Made by a program: the position numbers and the translations under genes. The notes under the pieces are model-generated. The model was given only the letters and a program-made list of their open reading frames with translations, made no database searches and had not been told where the DNA came from. 64,000 nt of DNA from positions 64,920-128,919 of the forward strand of contig JAJVII010000008.1 in NCBI GenBank assembly GCA_022072085.1, written 5' to 3'. The stretch is from Phycisphaerae bacterium. GTDB taxonomy: Bacteria; Planctomycetota; Phycisphaerae; JAJVII01. Below, piece after piece: positions 27,993 to 38,089 of the stretch (positions are counted from its first letter, which is position 1; each line of letters starts with the position of its first letter).

Positions 27993-29657
27993 ATGAATCG
28001 CAAGCCAATCAAGCTACTGGCGATAGCAACGTTTCTGATTGCCTCGGCGGGTGCGGCGCAAGCAGACACGCTGTATTTGCAGGGAAATTTCGACTTCAGC
28101 AGCGGGGACCCCATCCTCGGCAACCTGGCCGATGACGGATCGGGAGGCGCCGTCAGTAAGGACGCCAGCTCGGCGTCGGCGCCGTATCTCTACGAATTCG
28201 GCAATGCCTCCACCGGCAGCGGCACGCCGGCAGCCGGCGGGTTCGTGGGCGACCTGGACCTCAACGGCTACAGTCTGAATTCAAACGGCAGCCCCACGGC
28301 TATCACGCTGGACATGGGCAACAACGACCTGATCGGCGCATCCGGCTCGTTATCGCTGGATACGGTGAACAACTGGAACATCGACGGCGGCGGGCACGTG
28401 GGAATCTACAATGCCGCCGTGGTCTCCCTCGGCGCCATTGACACCCACAGCTATGGCAACGGGTCCGGCGGAGACGTCTTCATCGGCGAATCCGGCAATC
28501 TCGTCAGCAGCGTGCGTGTGGATTCCATTGCCACCCACACGATCGGCACGGGCAGCAACAGATATGCGGGCGACGTGGAGATCTATTCCGCCACCGACGT
28601 CCTGATCCAAACCGGCGGCGGGATAGCCGGCAACATCGACACCCACTCGGCCAAGCGCGCCGCCGCAGTCACCATCAATCACAACGGCAGCTTCGCGGCG
28701 GCGGACATTCTGGCCTATGCCAGCAGCAACGACGTGTGGAATGGCGGAAACGTCACTCTTGAAGGCGACTACAGCGGCGGCGGGGCCAGCGGAACGGCCA
28801 CGATCGCCAATATCTCGACTTATCTGGACAGGACCGACAGCGACACTAACCGAAGCAGTTCCGGCAGCGTCAACATCTCCGGCTATACATCGGTGCTGGT
28901 TACCGGAAGCATCAACACATGGAACGACGTCCCCGGCGGGGGCGGCGCCGGCAGCATCCTCATCCAGGACGTGGCCGGGGATATCGCGATCCTGGGCACG
29001 ATGAACACGAGCAAGAACGGCACTGTGGGCACGGCCGGGTCGCTGACCCTGACGGCCGGCGGCAGCATCATTCTGGGCAATCTGGACAACAACACACTTG
29101 GCCAGATCAGTCTGACCACGGGGATCGACCTCGCGGACGATTACATCTGGGTCAAGAGCGAGCCGGTCAACTTCGTGGACGGCCCGGTCGCCAATTCGCT
29201 CAAGGGCCAGTTCGCATCGCTGAACAATCACATCTACTACAGCGACACGGTCGGGAGCGGCCTGGAAGGCGTCAAATATCTGGTCAAGGACGACAATACC
29301 GACACCGGCTTCCAGTTCATTCCCGTCTCGCCGACCGTGGCGGCCCTGACCGACGACGCCGACAACCTGACGCTGGGCGCCAACCTGATCGACTTCCTCG
29401 CCCTCGAGGGATTGTTCGGCGCCACCGGCAACGGCCTTGACGCACACGGCAACGGCTGGCAGTACATCACCGGGCTGACCCCGGGGACCGCCGGCGACCT
29501 GGTGGACCTGGGCGGCGGGGAGTATGTGGCCTACTTCAGCGAGACGGCCGGCATGACCATGACCAACGTGGCCGTCCCCGAGCCGGCGACGATGGGCCTG
29601 CTTCTGCTGGGCGGGCTGGGCCTGATCGGCGGAAGCGTCCGGCGGCGGAAGGCCTGA
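27993..29657 (+). CDS. PEP-CTERM sorting-domain secreted protein (putative exosortase substrate), Gly/Ser/Thr/Asn/Asp-rich beta-helix-like repeats
   Basis: Signal peptide MNRKPIKLLAIATFLIASAGAAQA. C-terminal VPEPATMGLLLLGGLGLIGGSVRRRKA (PEP motif + TM helix + basic tail; 29574..29654). GGAAGGAAAGAGAG RBS. Confidence 0.8.
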   Translation: MNRKPIKLLAIATFLIASAGAAQADTLYLQGNFDFSSGDPILGNLADDGSGGAVSKDASSASAPYLYEFGNASTGSGTPAAGGFVGDLDLNGYSLNSNGSPTAITLDMGNNDLIGASGSLSLDTVNNWNIDGGGHVGIYNAAVVSLGAIDTHSYGNGSGGDVFIGESGNLVSSVRVDSIATHTIGTGSNRYAGDVEIYSATDVLIQTGGGIAGNIDTHSAKRAAAVTINHNGSFAAADILAYASSNDVWNGGNVTLEGDYSGGGASGTATIANISTYLDRTDSDTNRSSSGSVNISGYTSVLVTGSINTWNDVPGGGGAGSILIQDVAGDIAILGTMNTSKNGTVGTAGSLTLTAGGSIILGNLDNNTLGQISLTTGIDLADDYIWVKSEPVNFVDGPVANSLKGQFASLNNHIYYSDTVGSGLEGVKYLVKDDNTDTGFQFIPVSPTVAALTDDADNLTLGANLIDFLALEGLFGATGNGLDAHGNGWQYITGLTPGTAGDLVDLGGGEYVAYFSETAGMTMTNVAVPEPATMGLLLLGGLGLIGGSVRRRKA

Positions 29658-29876
29658 GCGGACGCGGATAGAAGATTGTCCGATTTGACTCGACAGCAAA
29701 CCGGACCGGCCGTGAGGGGCGGCCGGGCCGGTTGTGACAGGTGTTTCCTGCCCGTTTGCCGCCACCGCGGAAGAACATCCGCATCATCCGGCGCGAAGGA
29801 TGGTTTAGAGATTCGCTGCGCGCGACGGTCGCCGCGCGGCCAGGACTTACGACCCCTCCACCGAGAGAGACATTCG

Positions 29877-32414
29877 ATGAAACGATTGGCCGTTCTGCTC
29901 CTCGCGTTGTTGATCGCCCGGTCGGCAGCCGCCGACACGCCCGCGAAGTTTGCGGCTCCGCCGACGGCAACACGTGACGGTAAGGTCGTCACGATCCGCT
30001 TCGCCGTCAGCGGGCCCACCGACGTCGCCGTCTGCGTGCTCGATGCCAAGGGACAGGCCGTGCGACACCTGGCCGCCGGCGTGCTGGGCGCCAAGGCCGA
30101 TCCGCCCGCACCGCTGAAGCCCGGGCTGTCGCAGGATCTGTCATGGGACGGCAACGACGACTACTGCCAGGCAGCCGGCGACGGGCCTTTCCGCGTCCGG
30201 GTCCGCCTGGGCATGGGGGTAAAGCCGGACCGCATCGTCGGCGGCAACCCGTACGCCTACTTCTCTCCGATCATGGGCCAGGGCGACCACTCGGCCTGGC
30301 GGATCACCGGGCTGGAGGCCAAGCCCGACGGCACGGTCTACGTGTTGGGCAACGCGAACAACTACGGCCCGCCGGCGCTGCGGGCCTACTCGGCTGACGG
30401 CGAGTATCTGCGGACGGTCTACCCGCCGCCAGCCGGCAAGCCGACCGATCAGATGAAGGGCTGGGGGCTGAACATCCGCGAGGACGGGACCTACACGCCC
30501 GGTTACGCCGATGTCGCCTCGCCGGCCATCACGCGAACGCTCATCGCGGGCACGCGCGGGGCGATCGCCAACCTGATCCCCTCCCCCGGCGATAGCGAAC
30601 TGTGGCTGGAATCCGGCCTGCGGGTGCTGCGAGTGAACACCGACGGGACGATCCCGGCTCAGCCGATGCTGGAGGGGTCGCTGATCAACGCTCCCAAGGC
30701 GACCGGCTTCGTCGGGCAGATGCAGATCGCGGTCGCGCCCGATCGCAAGAGCTTCTACCTGGCCGGCGTGTTCACGTCGCCGACCAAGGGCCGCGACCGC
30801 ACCGGCGCCGACAGCAGCGGCCCGTGGCGCGACGGCCAAGTCTACCAGGTCGACTATGCGACGCGGACCGCGAAGGTCGTCTTCGCGCTTGACGCCGACA
30901 CGATCATCACCGACCTGGACAAACGTGGCGCGTCGCCGATCGCCGACGCGAAATACGGCAACTATGCCGCCCTCGAGGGTGTCGCTGCCGACGCGGATGG
31001 GCGCCTGTTCATCTGCGACCGGCAGAACAAGCGCATCCTGATCCAGGACGCCGCGGGCAAGCCCGTCCGCCAGATCGCGTGCGAATATCCCGACGCCGTC
31101 GGCCTGGCTGCCGACTCCAAGACGCTGTTCGTCACCACGCGCAAAGGGCACTACCACGGCGGGGGCGAGTTGACGCTCCTGAAGTTTGACGACTGGAGCA
31201 AGGACGACGCTCCGTCGGCCACCGTCCCGCTCTGCCACGTGCAGCACTACAGCCAGCCAACGCACATGGCCGTCGCTCGGTCCAAGGCCGAGACGTTCGT
31301 CTGGGTCGCCTATTCGGGCCTGCCCGTGCGGGTCTATCGCAGTTCGACCAAGGGACTGGAACTGGTGAAGGACTTTGAGAAGGCCAACGACCAGTGGGCG
31401 CTGGACATGCAGCACATGCAGGTCGATGCCAAGACCGGCAGTGTCTACTTCGCCGATGGTTTCGGCCTGTGTTTCCGCGTCGCAGACTGGGCCAACCCGA
31501 GAATCGAACGACTGATGAGCGCCAAGGACGCCCCCATCCGCGCGATCGCCCTGACGGTCGACGCCCGCAATCGCTGGCTCTACACGCGCGGCGACCGCCA
31601 GCCTGTATTGCGGTGGGAACTCGACAGCGGTCCGATCCTGGCGCCCGCGCCCGTCGGCGAGTCCGGCAGAAACATCTGCACGCCGGTGCTCAGCAACGAT
31701 TGGCGCATCGGCCTGGGCCGCGGCGACCGCGGCATCGCCGCCGCGCCCGACGGCAGCCTGGCCACGCTCAGCGCCCTGGGCACAGGCGCCGATTACGGCG
31801 GCCATCCGCGATTCTTCCACGCCACCGCCACCGTGCCATGGGAGGGCCTGCTGTTCAGCAAGTTCGACAAGATCCGCGCTGGCGGCATCCGCTTCGACCC
31901 GCAGGGCAACCTCTACCTTGCCAAGTTCGACGGCCAGCCGACGGCCCTGCCCAAGGGCTTCGAACACGACAGCAAGTTCCTCCGAACGACCGGACGCATC
32001 TACAAGATCGCCCCCACCGGCTCGCTGGCGTCGGGCAACCTCTTCCCCACCGAGCCCGAGTCGGCCGCCAAGGCCTACGACGTTCCCTTCGGTTCGATCA
32101 GCGACTTCTTCAGCCGCACGCCGCGGTTCGGCGTCGACGCCTACGGTCGCATCTACTACCCCTCGTCGCTGGTCCCCTGCGTCGGCGTCATCGACAACGC
32201 CGGCAACCGCATCGTCGAGTTCGGCCAGTACGCCAACCGCGACTCGACCGGCGGGCTGGTGGGCGACACGATCCCGACCGCAGGCGTGCCGATGGGCTGG
32301 CCCAACAGCGTCGACGCGACCGACGACTACGTCTACGTTTCGGACATCGTGAACATTCGGCTGATGCGGCTGGCCAAGACCTTCGCCGCAGCCGAGACGG
32401 TCGAGATCAAGTGA
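29877..32414 (+). CDS. Secreted protein with N-terminal FlgD-Ig-like domain and NHL-repeat beta-propeller
   Basis: Signal peptide MKRLAVLLLALLIARSAAA. FlgD-Ig-like segment (GKVVTIRFAVSGPTDVAVCVLDAKGQAVRHLAAGVLG...LSWDGNDD). NHL-like blades (RLFICDRQNKRILIQD, YVYVSDIVNIRLMRL). N-domain paralogous to the CDS at 34859..37825. Confidence 0.7.
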   Translation: MKRLAVLLLALLIARSAAADTPAKFAAPPTATRDGKVVTIRFAVSGPTDVAVCVLDAKGQAVRHLAAGVLGAKADPPAPLKPGLSQDLSWDGNDDYCQAAGDGPFRVRVRLGMGVKPDRIVGGNPYAYFSPIMGQGDHSAWRITGLEAKPDGTVYVLGNANNYGPPALRAYSADGEYLRTVYPPPAGKPTDQMKGWGLNIREDGTYTPGYADVASPAITRTLIAGTRGAIANLIPSPGDSELWLESGLRVLRVNTDGTIPAQPMLEGSLINAPKATGFVGQMQIAVAPDRKSFYLAGVFTSPTKGRDRTGADSSGPWRDGQVYQVDYATRTAKVVFALDADTIITDLDKRGASPIADAKYGNYAALEGVAADADGRLFICDRQNKRILIQDAAGKPVRQIACEYPDAVGLAADSKTLFVTTRKGHYHGGGELTLLKFDDWSKDDAPSATVPLCHVQHYSQPTHMAVARSKAETFVWVAYSGLPVRVYRSSTKGLELVKDFEKANDQWALDMQHMQVDAKTGSVYFADGFGLCFRVADWANPRIERLMSAKDAPIRAIALTVDARNRWLYTRGDRQPVLRWELDSGPILAPAPVGESGRNICTPVLSNDWRIGLGRGDRGIAAAPDGSLATLSALGTGADYGGHPRFFHATATVPWEGLLFSKFDKIRAGGIRFDPQGNLYLAKFDGQPTALPKGFEHDSKFLRTTGRIYKIAPTGSLASGNLFPTEPESAAKAYDVPFGSISDFFSRTPRFGVDAYGRIYYPSSLVPCVGVIDNAGNRIVEFGQYANRDSTGGLVGDTIPTAGVPMGWPNSVDATDDYVYVSDIVNIRLMRLAKTFAAAETVEIK

Positions 32415-32434
32415 CGGGACAACTGGAGACGAGC

Positions 32435-34843
32435 ATGCGACTGCGACTGATCCTTCCGCTGACCTACATCGCCTGCGGCGTCTGGGCCCATGCTGCCCAT
32501 GCCGACGAACCGGCCGCCTTCAAATTGGCCGACCTGGCGCCCAACACGTGGGTCGCGGTCAGCCCGTCGAGCATGCCGCTCCAGACCTGGAGCGACGTGT
32601 TCTACCTGCCCGCAACCGACGAGTTCGCGATCTGGGGCCGGCCTGAGGGCGCCCCGTCCGGGACGCGGCCGTACGAACTGAGCGCCCTCTCGCTGCGCCA
32701 GCCGGCGCCGCAGTGGGCCGACTGCCTGCCGATCGGCAAGGAGAAGTCCTGGGCCGACGGCCGATACCCCGGCTGGGGCGGCGCGAAGTACAAGCCCAAG
32801 GACCTGCCGGCCGAGTCGTGGCGCACCGACGTGCAGGACCAGGTGGTGGCCGGATTCGGCGATATCAATCGGGTGAAGTTCGTCGAGAGCGACGGCGTGC
32901 TCCGCCCGACGCGCGTGCCGACTTTCCACCAGGGGGCGTACGACACGAAGCGCGACCGCCTGGTCTACTTCGCCGGCGGCCAGACCTTCGCCTACGACCC
33001 GAAGAAGCGCGAGTGGACGGACCTCAAGGCCAAGCCGCCCGTCGCCTGCGACGCCCTCGCGTTTGCGACCGTCGCCTACGACCCGGTCGGCGACCAAGTC
33101 GTCCTGTTCGGCGGGGCGATGGCCATGAATCCGCAGGGCGGCGCGCCGACCTGGGTCTACGACTGCGCCGCCAACCAGTGGCGCCGCCCGGTGACTAAGG
33201 GCGACGAGCCGCCGCTACGATGCAACGCCAAACTCGTCTACGATTCGAAGAACAAGCGAATGGTCCTGTTCGGCGGCGACGCGTTGGATCGCTACTTGGC
33301 CGACACCTGGGTGCTCGACCCGGCCACGATGGCCTGGGAGCTTCGCCAGCCGAGGTCCTGCCCGCCGCCGCTGGACCGCTACGCCGCCTGCTTCGACGGC
33401 AAGGCCGGCCTGGTCGTGCTGGTCACAGCCACCGGCGCCACCGGCGAGACCAAGCGACCTCAGCCTCGTTCCTCCAGCGGCAAGGGCATCCCCGGGTGCG
33501 CGTGGACTTACGACGTCGCCGCCAACGTCTGGCAGCCGCTTAAAGGACGCTTGTCCGACCGTCGCATGGAGTGGCTGAGTTGCGACTATTCGACGCGCGA
33601 CGACGTGATCCTGCTGGCGGCCCCGGGCGTGGGGACGTGGGTCTATCGCCTGGACGCCGCGACCGCCGCCGACCCGGACCCCAAGCGTGAGTCGGGCGAG
33701 CCGGGCGCGTGGACCTGGACCAGCCGGGCCCGCCGACAGATGGATACGATCCTGGCCGCCCCGCCGCCGGACCGTGCCGCGACCGCGAAGATGCTGGCCG
33801 ACCTGCCGGCCAACACGCCGGTCATCGCCGACTATCCGGGCTTCCTCAACAGCAAGACCTGGAGCAGCGCAACGATGGACACCGACCGCGGCGTGGTGAT
33901 CTACACCGGCGGCGGCCACGCGGGCTACGCCGGAAACGACATCGCCCTCTACGACGTCGGCGCCAACCGCTGGTCGTTCGACGCTCCGCCCTGCTTCGTG
34001 CCGCTGATCTACCGGTTCAACAAGACGCTGGCCGGCTGGGACTACCACCGCCGTCCGCAGTCGCAGCACACCTATCGCTGGTACACCTACGACCCGCAAT
34101 CCAAGACAATGGTCTACTGCCCGCGGGAGGCCGGGCTGACTCATCGCATCACCATCCAGCTCGGCGACAACCCGGACGACGCCTTCGTCTACGATCCGGA
34201 CAAGCAGGGCCGCTGGGTGCTGGTCTACGATGCCGCGAACAACCGGCGCTATCCCCTCACGCCCGGGCGGCCGTTCGGCACGCCCTACGAGCTGAACCTG
34301 GTCGGCACGCCGCTGGGCGTCTACGCGAACGCCGGAACGGCGCTCTACCACGGCACGGTAATCCGCGACGAGAAGCAGGCCCGCGTCGAGTGGAATGCCG
34401 TCCAGCAGGGCTGCCCCTTCGGCGGCTATTCCGAAGAGCAGCCGATGATCTACGACTCCACTCACAAGCGGCTGCTCTACTTCCTCGACCACAAGCAGAC
34501 GAAGGAAGTGTGGATCTACCAGCGGCCGATTCCCCAGGGCGAGTGGACACGGCTGGAAGTGAACGGCCGCAGGCCCGAGCCCACGCGCGAGGTGGTCTAC
34601 GACCCGGATAGCGACAGCCTGATCGCGATGCACACCCGCCGATTCGCCGTCATGGATTGTGCAACGAACACCTGGCGGGAACTCGACGTGGAACTGCCCG
34701 ATGGCCGCTACGGCACCGCCTGCGCCCTGATGTATGACCCCGTCCACAAGGTCTGCGTCGCGTTGATTCCCGCACACGACGACCGGATGCAGGTCGTGCT
34801 GTTCCGCTACGACGCCAAGACCGCGAAGTTCAAGTCCGAGTAA
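32435..34843 (+). CDS. Secreted Kelch-repeat (galactose-oxidase-like) beta-propeller protein
   Basis: Signal peptide MRLRLILPLTYIACGVWAHAAHA, GGAGA RBS. Repeated Kelch-like blades (LVYFAGGQTFAYDPKKREWTDLKAKPP, VVLFGGAMAM...TWVYDCAANQWRRP, MVLFGGDALDRYLADTWVLDPATMAWE). The track ORF start 31394 reads back through the preceding gene and is rejected. Confidence 0.7.
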   Translation: MRLRLILPLTYIACGVWAHAAHADEPAAFKLADLAPNTWVAVSPSSMPLQTWSDVFYLPATDEFAIWGRPEGAPSGTRPYELSALSLRQPAPQWADCLPIGKEKSWADGRYPGWGGAKYKPKDLPAESWRTDVQDQVVAGFGDINRVKFVESDGVLRPTRVPTFHQGAYDTKRDRLVYFAGGQTFAYDPKKREWTDLKAKPPVACDALAFATVAYDPVGDQVVLFGGAMAMNPQGGAPTWVYDCAANQWRRPVTKGDEPPLRCNAKLVYDSKNKRMVLFGGDALDRYLADTWVLDPATMAWELRQPRSCPPPLDRYAACFDGKAGLVVLVTATGATGETKRPQPRSSSGKGIPGCAWTYDVAANVWQPLKGRLSDRRMEWLSCDYSTRDDVILLAAPGVGTWVYRLDAATAADPDPKRESGEPGAWTWTSRARRQMDTILAAPPPDRAATAKMLADLPANTPVIADYPGFLNSKTWSSATMDTDRGVVIYTGGGHAGYAGNDIALYDVGANRWSFDAPPCFVPLIYRFNKTLAGWDYHRRPQSQHTYRWYTYDPQSKTMVYCPREAGLTHRITIQLGDNPDDAFVYDPDKQGRWVLVYDAANNRRYPLTPGRPFGTPYELNLVGTPLGVYANAGTALYHGTVIRDEKQARVEWNAVQQGCPFGGYSEEQPMIYDSTHKRLLYFLDHKQTKEVWIYQRPIPQGEWTRLEVNGRRPEPTREVVYDPDSDSLIAMHTRRFAVMDCATNTWRELDVELPDGRYGTACALMYDPVHKVCVALIPAHDDRMQVVLFRYDAKTAKFKSE

Positions 34844-34858
34844 GCCGCCGGCGGCCGA

Positions 34859-37825
34859 TCAGGGCGTCTTCTTCGCCTGATCGGCGACGTCCTTCAAACC
34901 CACCTTCTCCTGGGCGTGGTAGTCCAGCTTGACGCTGAGGATGCGGTAGTTGCCGTAATCGGCGATGAACAGCCGGTGGTCGGTCCAGGTGGCGACGTAG
35001 CTCGGCTTGGCCAAAGCCACCTCGTCGCCGCCGACGGGATGCGGGTCAGCCGGTCCATCCGCCAGCACCAGCGGCCGTCCGTCGTCGACGTTGCCGTATC
35101 GCCCGATGCGCATGATGAGGTTGCCATTGGTGTCCAGCACCGCGACGCGGCTGCGGGCCAGTTCGGTGACGAAGGAGCGGGCGTAGAGGTCCAGCGTCGG
35201 ACGGGCGTTCCAGCAGGAGCAGTTGGGCGCCCAGTGGGGAATGAACCCGTCGCAGCCGACGCCGCCGTACATCCACTCGGCGCCCTGGGCCCAGGCCAGG
35301 CCCCCGACGGCCTCGCGCACGTCCGGCTTGCGGTCGGGGAACATGTCCTTGGGAAGGTTGACCACTGTCTTGCTGGTCGAAAGAATCTTGGCCTGGCCCG
35401 GCTTGAACTTGACCAGCGTCTCGCTGCTGATGGGCAGATAGCCCTCGCGCTGCGGCGTGTTGCTGGAGGCGTTCTGCCCGGGCAGCAGGCGTCGGGCCGC
35501 CCATAGCGCGTAGATGTTGTCGTCACGGTCGATCGCCAGCCCGTCGGTTATGGACAGCCCGGGCACGACGTCCTCCCGGACGACGTTGCCGTGCTCATCC
35601 CAGATGTGAACCTCGCCGTACCTCGCCCGTCCCGGATAGATCGGCGGGGCATACTGCCGCCCCACCGCAGCCGGCAGCGCCGGCCCGGCCTCGGTGCGGC
35701 TGTGATGCTCGGGGATGTTGTAGCAGGAGACGACGATGTTCCCGCGCGGCGAGACGGCGAACCCGCCCAGGTGAAATTGACCCGGCTTGCCGGTGGTCGG
35801 CAGGCGGATGAATGAGTTGACCGTGCGGCCGTCGCCATCGAAGCCCGGGTGCTCCAGTTCTTCGCCGTAGTCGAAGGGCACCTCGCGAAGGTCCTTCAAC
35901 TGGTAGCGTCCGACGGCCACGTCGGTGCGGAGATAGAGCATCCCGTAAAGGTCGAACGCAATCTCCTCGGTCGTGAACGGCAGGGGAATCTCGCGCGTCG
36001 CGTTGGTGTCCGGGTCGACCTCCAGCAGCGAACGCGTGGACTTGCCCACGCCACTGTCGCCTTCCATGACGTAGAGCTTGCCGGTCGTCGGGTTTACGTA
36101 GAGCCGCTGCCGCTCGTGGGCCGGCGTCGAGGGGGGATCGATCCGCCCCACCTTCGTGGCGACGTCCTTGGCGAAGTTGTCCACCTCGTACAGTTTCCCG
36201 CCCTTCTCGATGGCCAGCCGATAGTGGCACGCCGCCCAGCCGGAGAACTGCCATTGGCCCTTCGAGTAGTCCCGCCGCTGCTGCATCAGTTGCGAGTCCG
36301 AATCGCCGCTGCCGGGCACGATCCAGAGCGTCGGCGGATCGGCGTGGAAGTCCATGAACAGCTCGTGCGTGTTCCACGTGCGGTTCATGAAGACGCCCTC
36401 GCTGTAGGAGGCGAACGGCAGCGGGCAGCTCATGATAGCCTTCGGATCATCCACCGGGCCCAGGTGCGTGAAGGTCGCCTTCAGCCGGATGTCCGGCACG
36501 TGCGGCAGCAGCGCCAGCCACGAGCCGACGTAGATGTCCCCGTTCTTCGGCGAGACGAACACCCGCAGCGGCTTCTGGAACGCTACGCTCTTGTAGAGCT
36601 TGCCGTCGGGCGTGAAGACCTGGATGCGGTCATTGATATAGTCGGCGACGTAGAGTCGGCCGGCGGAGTCCATGGCCAGCGACGAAGGCGACGTGAAGTG
36701 GGTCGCGTCCTTGCCCGGCTTGAGCGGCTCGCCGATGAACGGTTCGGGCGGCTTGTCGCCGGCATACTCCATCCGCGTCACCGCGTTGCCGAGCAACAGG
36801 TAGAGCCACTTGCCGTCGGGCGAGAAGACGCTCGCCGAAGGATAGATCCAGGTCGGGTTTCCCTCGCGGTCGGGTCGGCCTGACTCCGCGGTCTGCGGGC
36901 CCTCCAGCGGCAGCCCGCCGGTCGTTCCGTCGGTGGCCAGGCGGTTGAGCCGGCGCATCGTCAAGGCCAGCCGCCCCGGCCCCTGGCCGCCCGGCCCGGG
37001 CGACCAGGCCATCGCGGTCGCAGCCGAGCCGTACTTCGTCGGGCCGGTCCGGCCGGTGCCGACGCCCGCGTTGCTGCCGGAGGTCAGCAGCGTCTGGAAG
37101 AAAATGCCCTGCCACTCCGGAATCATCAGCCCGTCGATCGGCGAGCGGAACCACTGCAACCCCTTGACGCCCGACAGCACCGCCTGCATCGAGTCGGGTC
37201 CGCCGGCCTTGGCGGCGTCGGAGGAGTAGTCGCCCGGGAACGGATAGACCGTGCGGACGTAGTTGCCCTTGTGATCGAACAGACGCAGGTGATCGATGCC
37301 GCCGGCTTCGTGAACGTAGACGCCCTCTGGGGCGGCGGCGAACTGCGGCCGATTGCCCGGCGCGATCCGCTTCTTGGGGCTCCAGAACAGCGTCCGCTCG
37401 AACTGCGCCCGCAGCCCCAGCGACACGCGCACGGTCATCGCGTCGATCCGGTCGACGTAACGGCCCTGGTCGTTCTTGCCGTCCCAGACGATCGACTGCT
37501 TCTTCGAGTCCTTGGCCAGCGGCTCGGGCGCATTGGGCCCCAGCACCCCGCTGGCCAGATGCCGGACGATGCGGCCGCTGGCATCCTCGATCGCCACCGT
37601 CACGTCGCACAGGCCCTGCGATTCGAACGCGATCGTGACCCGGTCGCCGCTTCGTGTCACGACCGGCTTGCTCGCAAACGCATAGACCGGCTCACGCTTG
37701 ACCTTGAACTCGTCAAGCTGCGCGACGGGTTCCTGCCCGAGCAAAGGCCGGACAGCCGCCAACGCAAGCCACGCCACCAGACACACGCCAATTCGCTGGG
37801 TCACATTGCACCTGCCTGTCGCCAT
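34859..37825 (-). CDS. Secreted protein with N-terminal FlgD-Ig-like domain and NHL/beta-propeller repeats (paralog of 29877..32414)
   Basis: Start at ATG 37825 gives MATGRCNVTQRIGVCLVAWLALAAVRPLLG (signal peptide); an alternative ATG at 38011 runs into the tRNA region. FlgD-Ig-like GDRVTIAFESQGLCDVTVAIEDASGRIVRHLASGVLG...IVWDGKNDQG. NHL-like YVADYINDRIQVFTPDGK, FIADYGNYRILSVKLD. Confidence 0.65.
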   Translation of the reverse strand: MATGRCNVTQRIGVCLVAWLALAAVRPLLGQEPVAQLDEFKVKREPVYAFASKPVVTRSGDRVTIAFESQGLCDVTVAIEDASGRIVRHLASGVLGPNAPEPLAKDSKKQSIVWDGKNDQGRYVDRIDAMTVRVSLGLRAQFERTLFWSPKKRIAPGNRPQFAAAPEGVYVHEAGGIDHLRLFDHKGNYVRTVYPFPGDYSSDAAKAGGPDSMQAVLSGVKGLQWFRSPIDGLMIPEWQGIFFQTLLTSGSNAGVGTGRTGPTKYGSAATAMAWSPGPGGQGPGRLALTMRRLNRLATDGTTGGLPLEGPQTAESGRPDREGNPTWIYPSASVFSPDGKWLYLLLGNAVTRMEYAGDKPPEPFIGEPLKPGKDATHFTSPSSLAMDSAGRLYVADYINDRIQVFTPDGKLYKSVAFQKPLRVFVSPKNGDIYVGSWLALLPHVPDIRLKATFTHLGPVDDPKAIMSCPLPFASYSEGVFMNRTWNTHELFMDFHADPPTLWIVPGSGDSDSQLMQQRRDYSKGQWQFSGWAACHYRLAIEKGGKLYEVDNFAKDVATKVGRIDPPSTPAHERQRLYVNPTTGKLYVMEGDSGVGKSTRSLLEVDPDTNATREIPLPFTTEEIAFDLYGMLYLRTDVAVGRYQLKDLREVPFDYGEELEHPGFDGDGRTVNSFIRLPTTGKPGQFHLGGFAVSPRGNIVVSCYNIPEHHSRTEAGPALPAAVGRQYAPPIYPGRARYGEVHIWDEHGNVVREDVVPGLSITDGLAIDRDDNIYALWAARRLLPGQNASSNTPQREGYLPISSETLVKFKPGQAKILSTSKTVVNLPKDMFPDRKPDVREAVGGLAWAQGAEWMYGGVGCDGFIPHWAPNCSCWNARPTLDLYARSFVTELARSRVAVLDTNGNLIMRIGRYGNVDDGRPLVLADGPADPHPVGGDEVALAKPSYVATWTDHRLFIADYGNYRILSVKLDYHAQEKVGLKDVADQAKKTP

Positions 37826-38089
37826 CAGGACGGCCGATTTCCCGGCCGCAGTCTCCCGTTGCGAACCTCCCGTGGCCGCAACGCCCGCCTGCTTTACAGT
37901 GTAAACACCATCCAACGGCAATGCGGCCGCTGATCCGGAGAAACCGGGCGGTGGGAGATTCCCCGGGTTCGCGCCGTCATCCCACGGACTCGGCGGCTGG
38001 GAAACTGTCATCGGCGAGGACCCTCAAGCCCATGGGAAGTGCCAAGCAAAGACGCCCGCTGCCAAGTGTGAGCAACGGGCGTCATTCGA

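Noticed and set aside
31394-32434. 5' part of the track ORF 31394..34843
   Set aside because: Would overlap the preceding gene by 1 kb in another frame. An ATG with RBS and signal peptide at 32435 gives a clean 20-bp intergenic gap.
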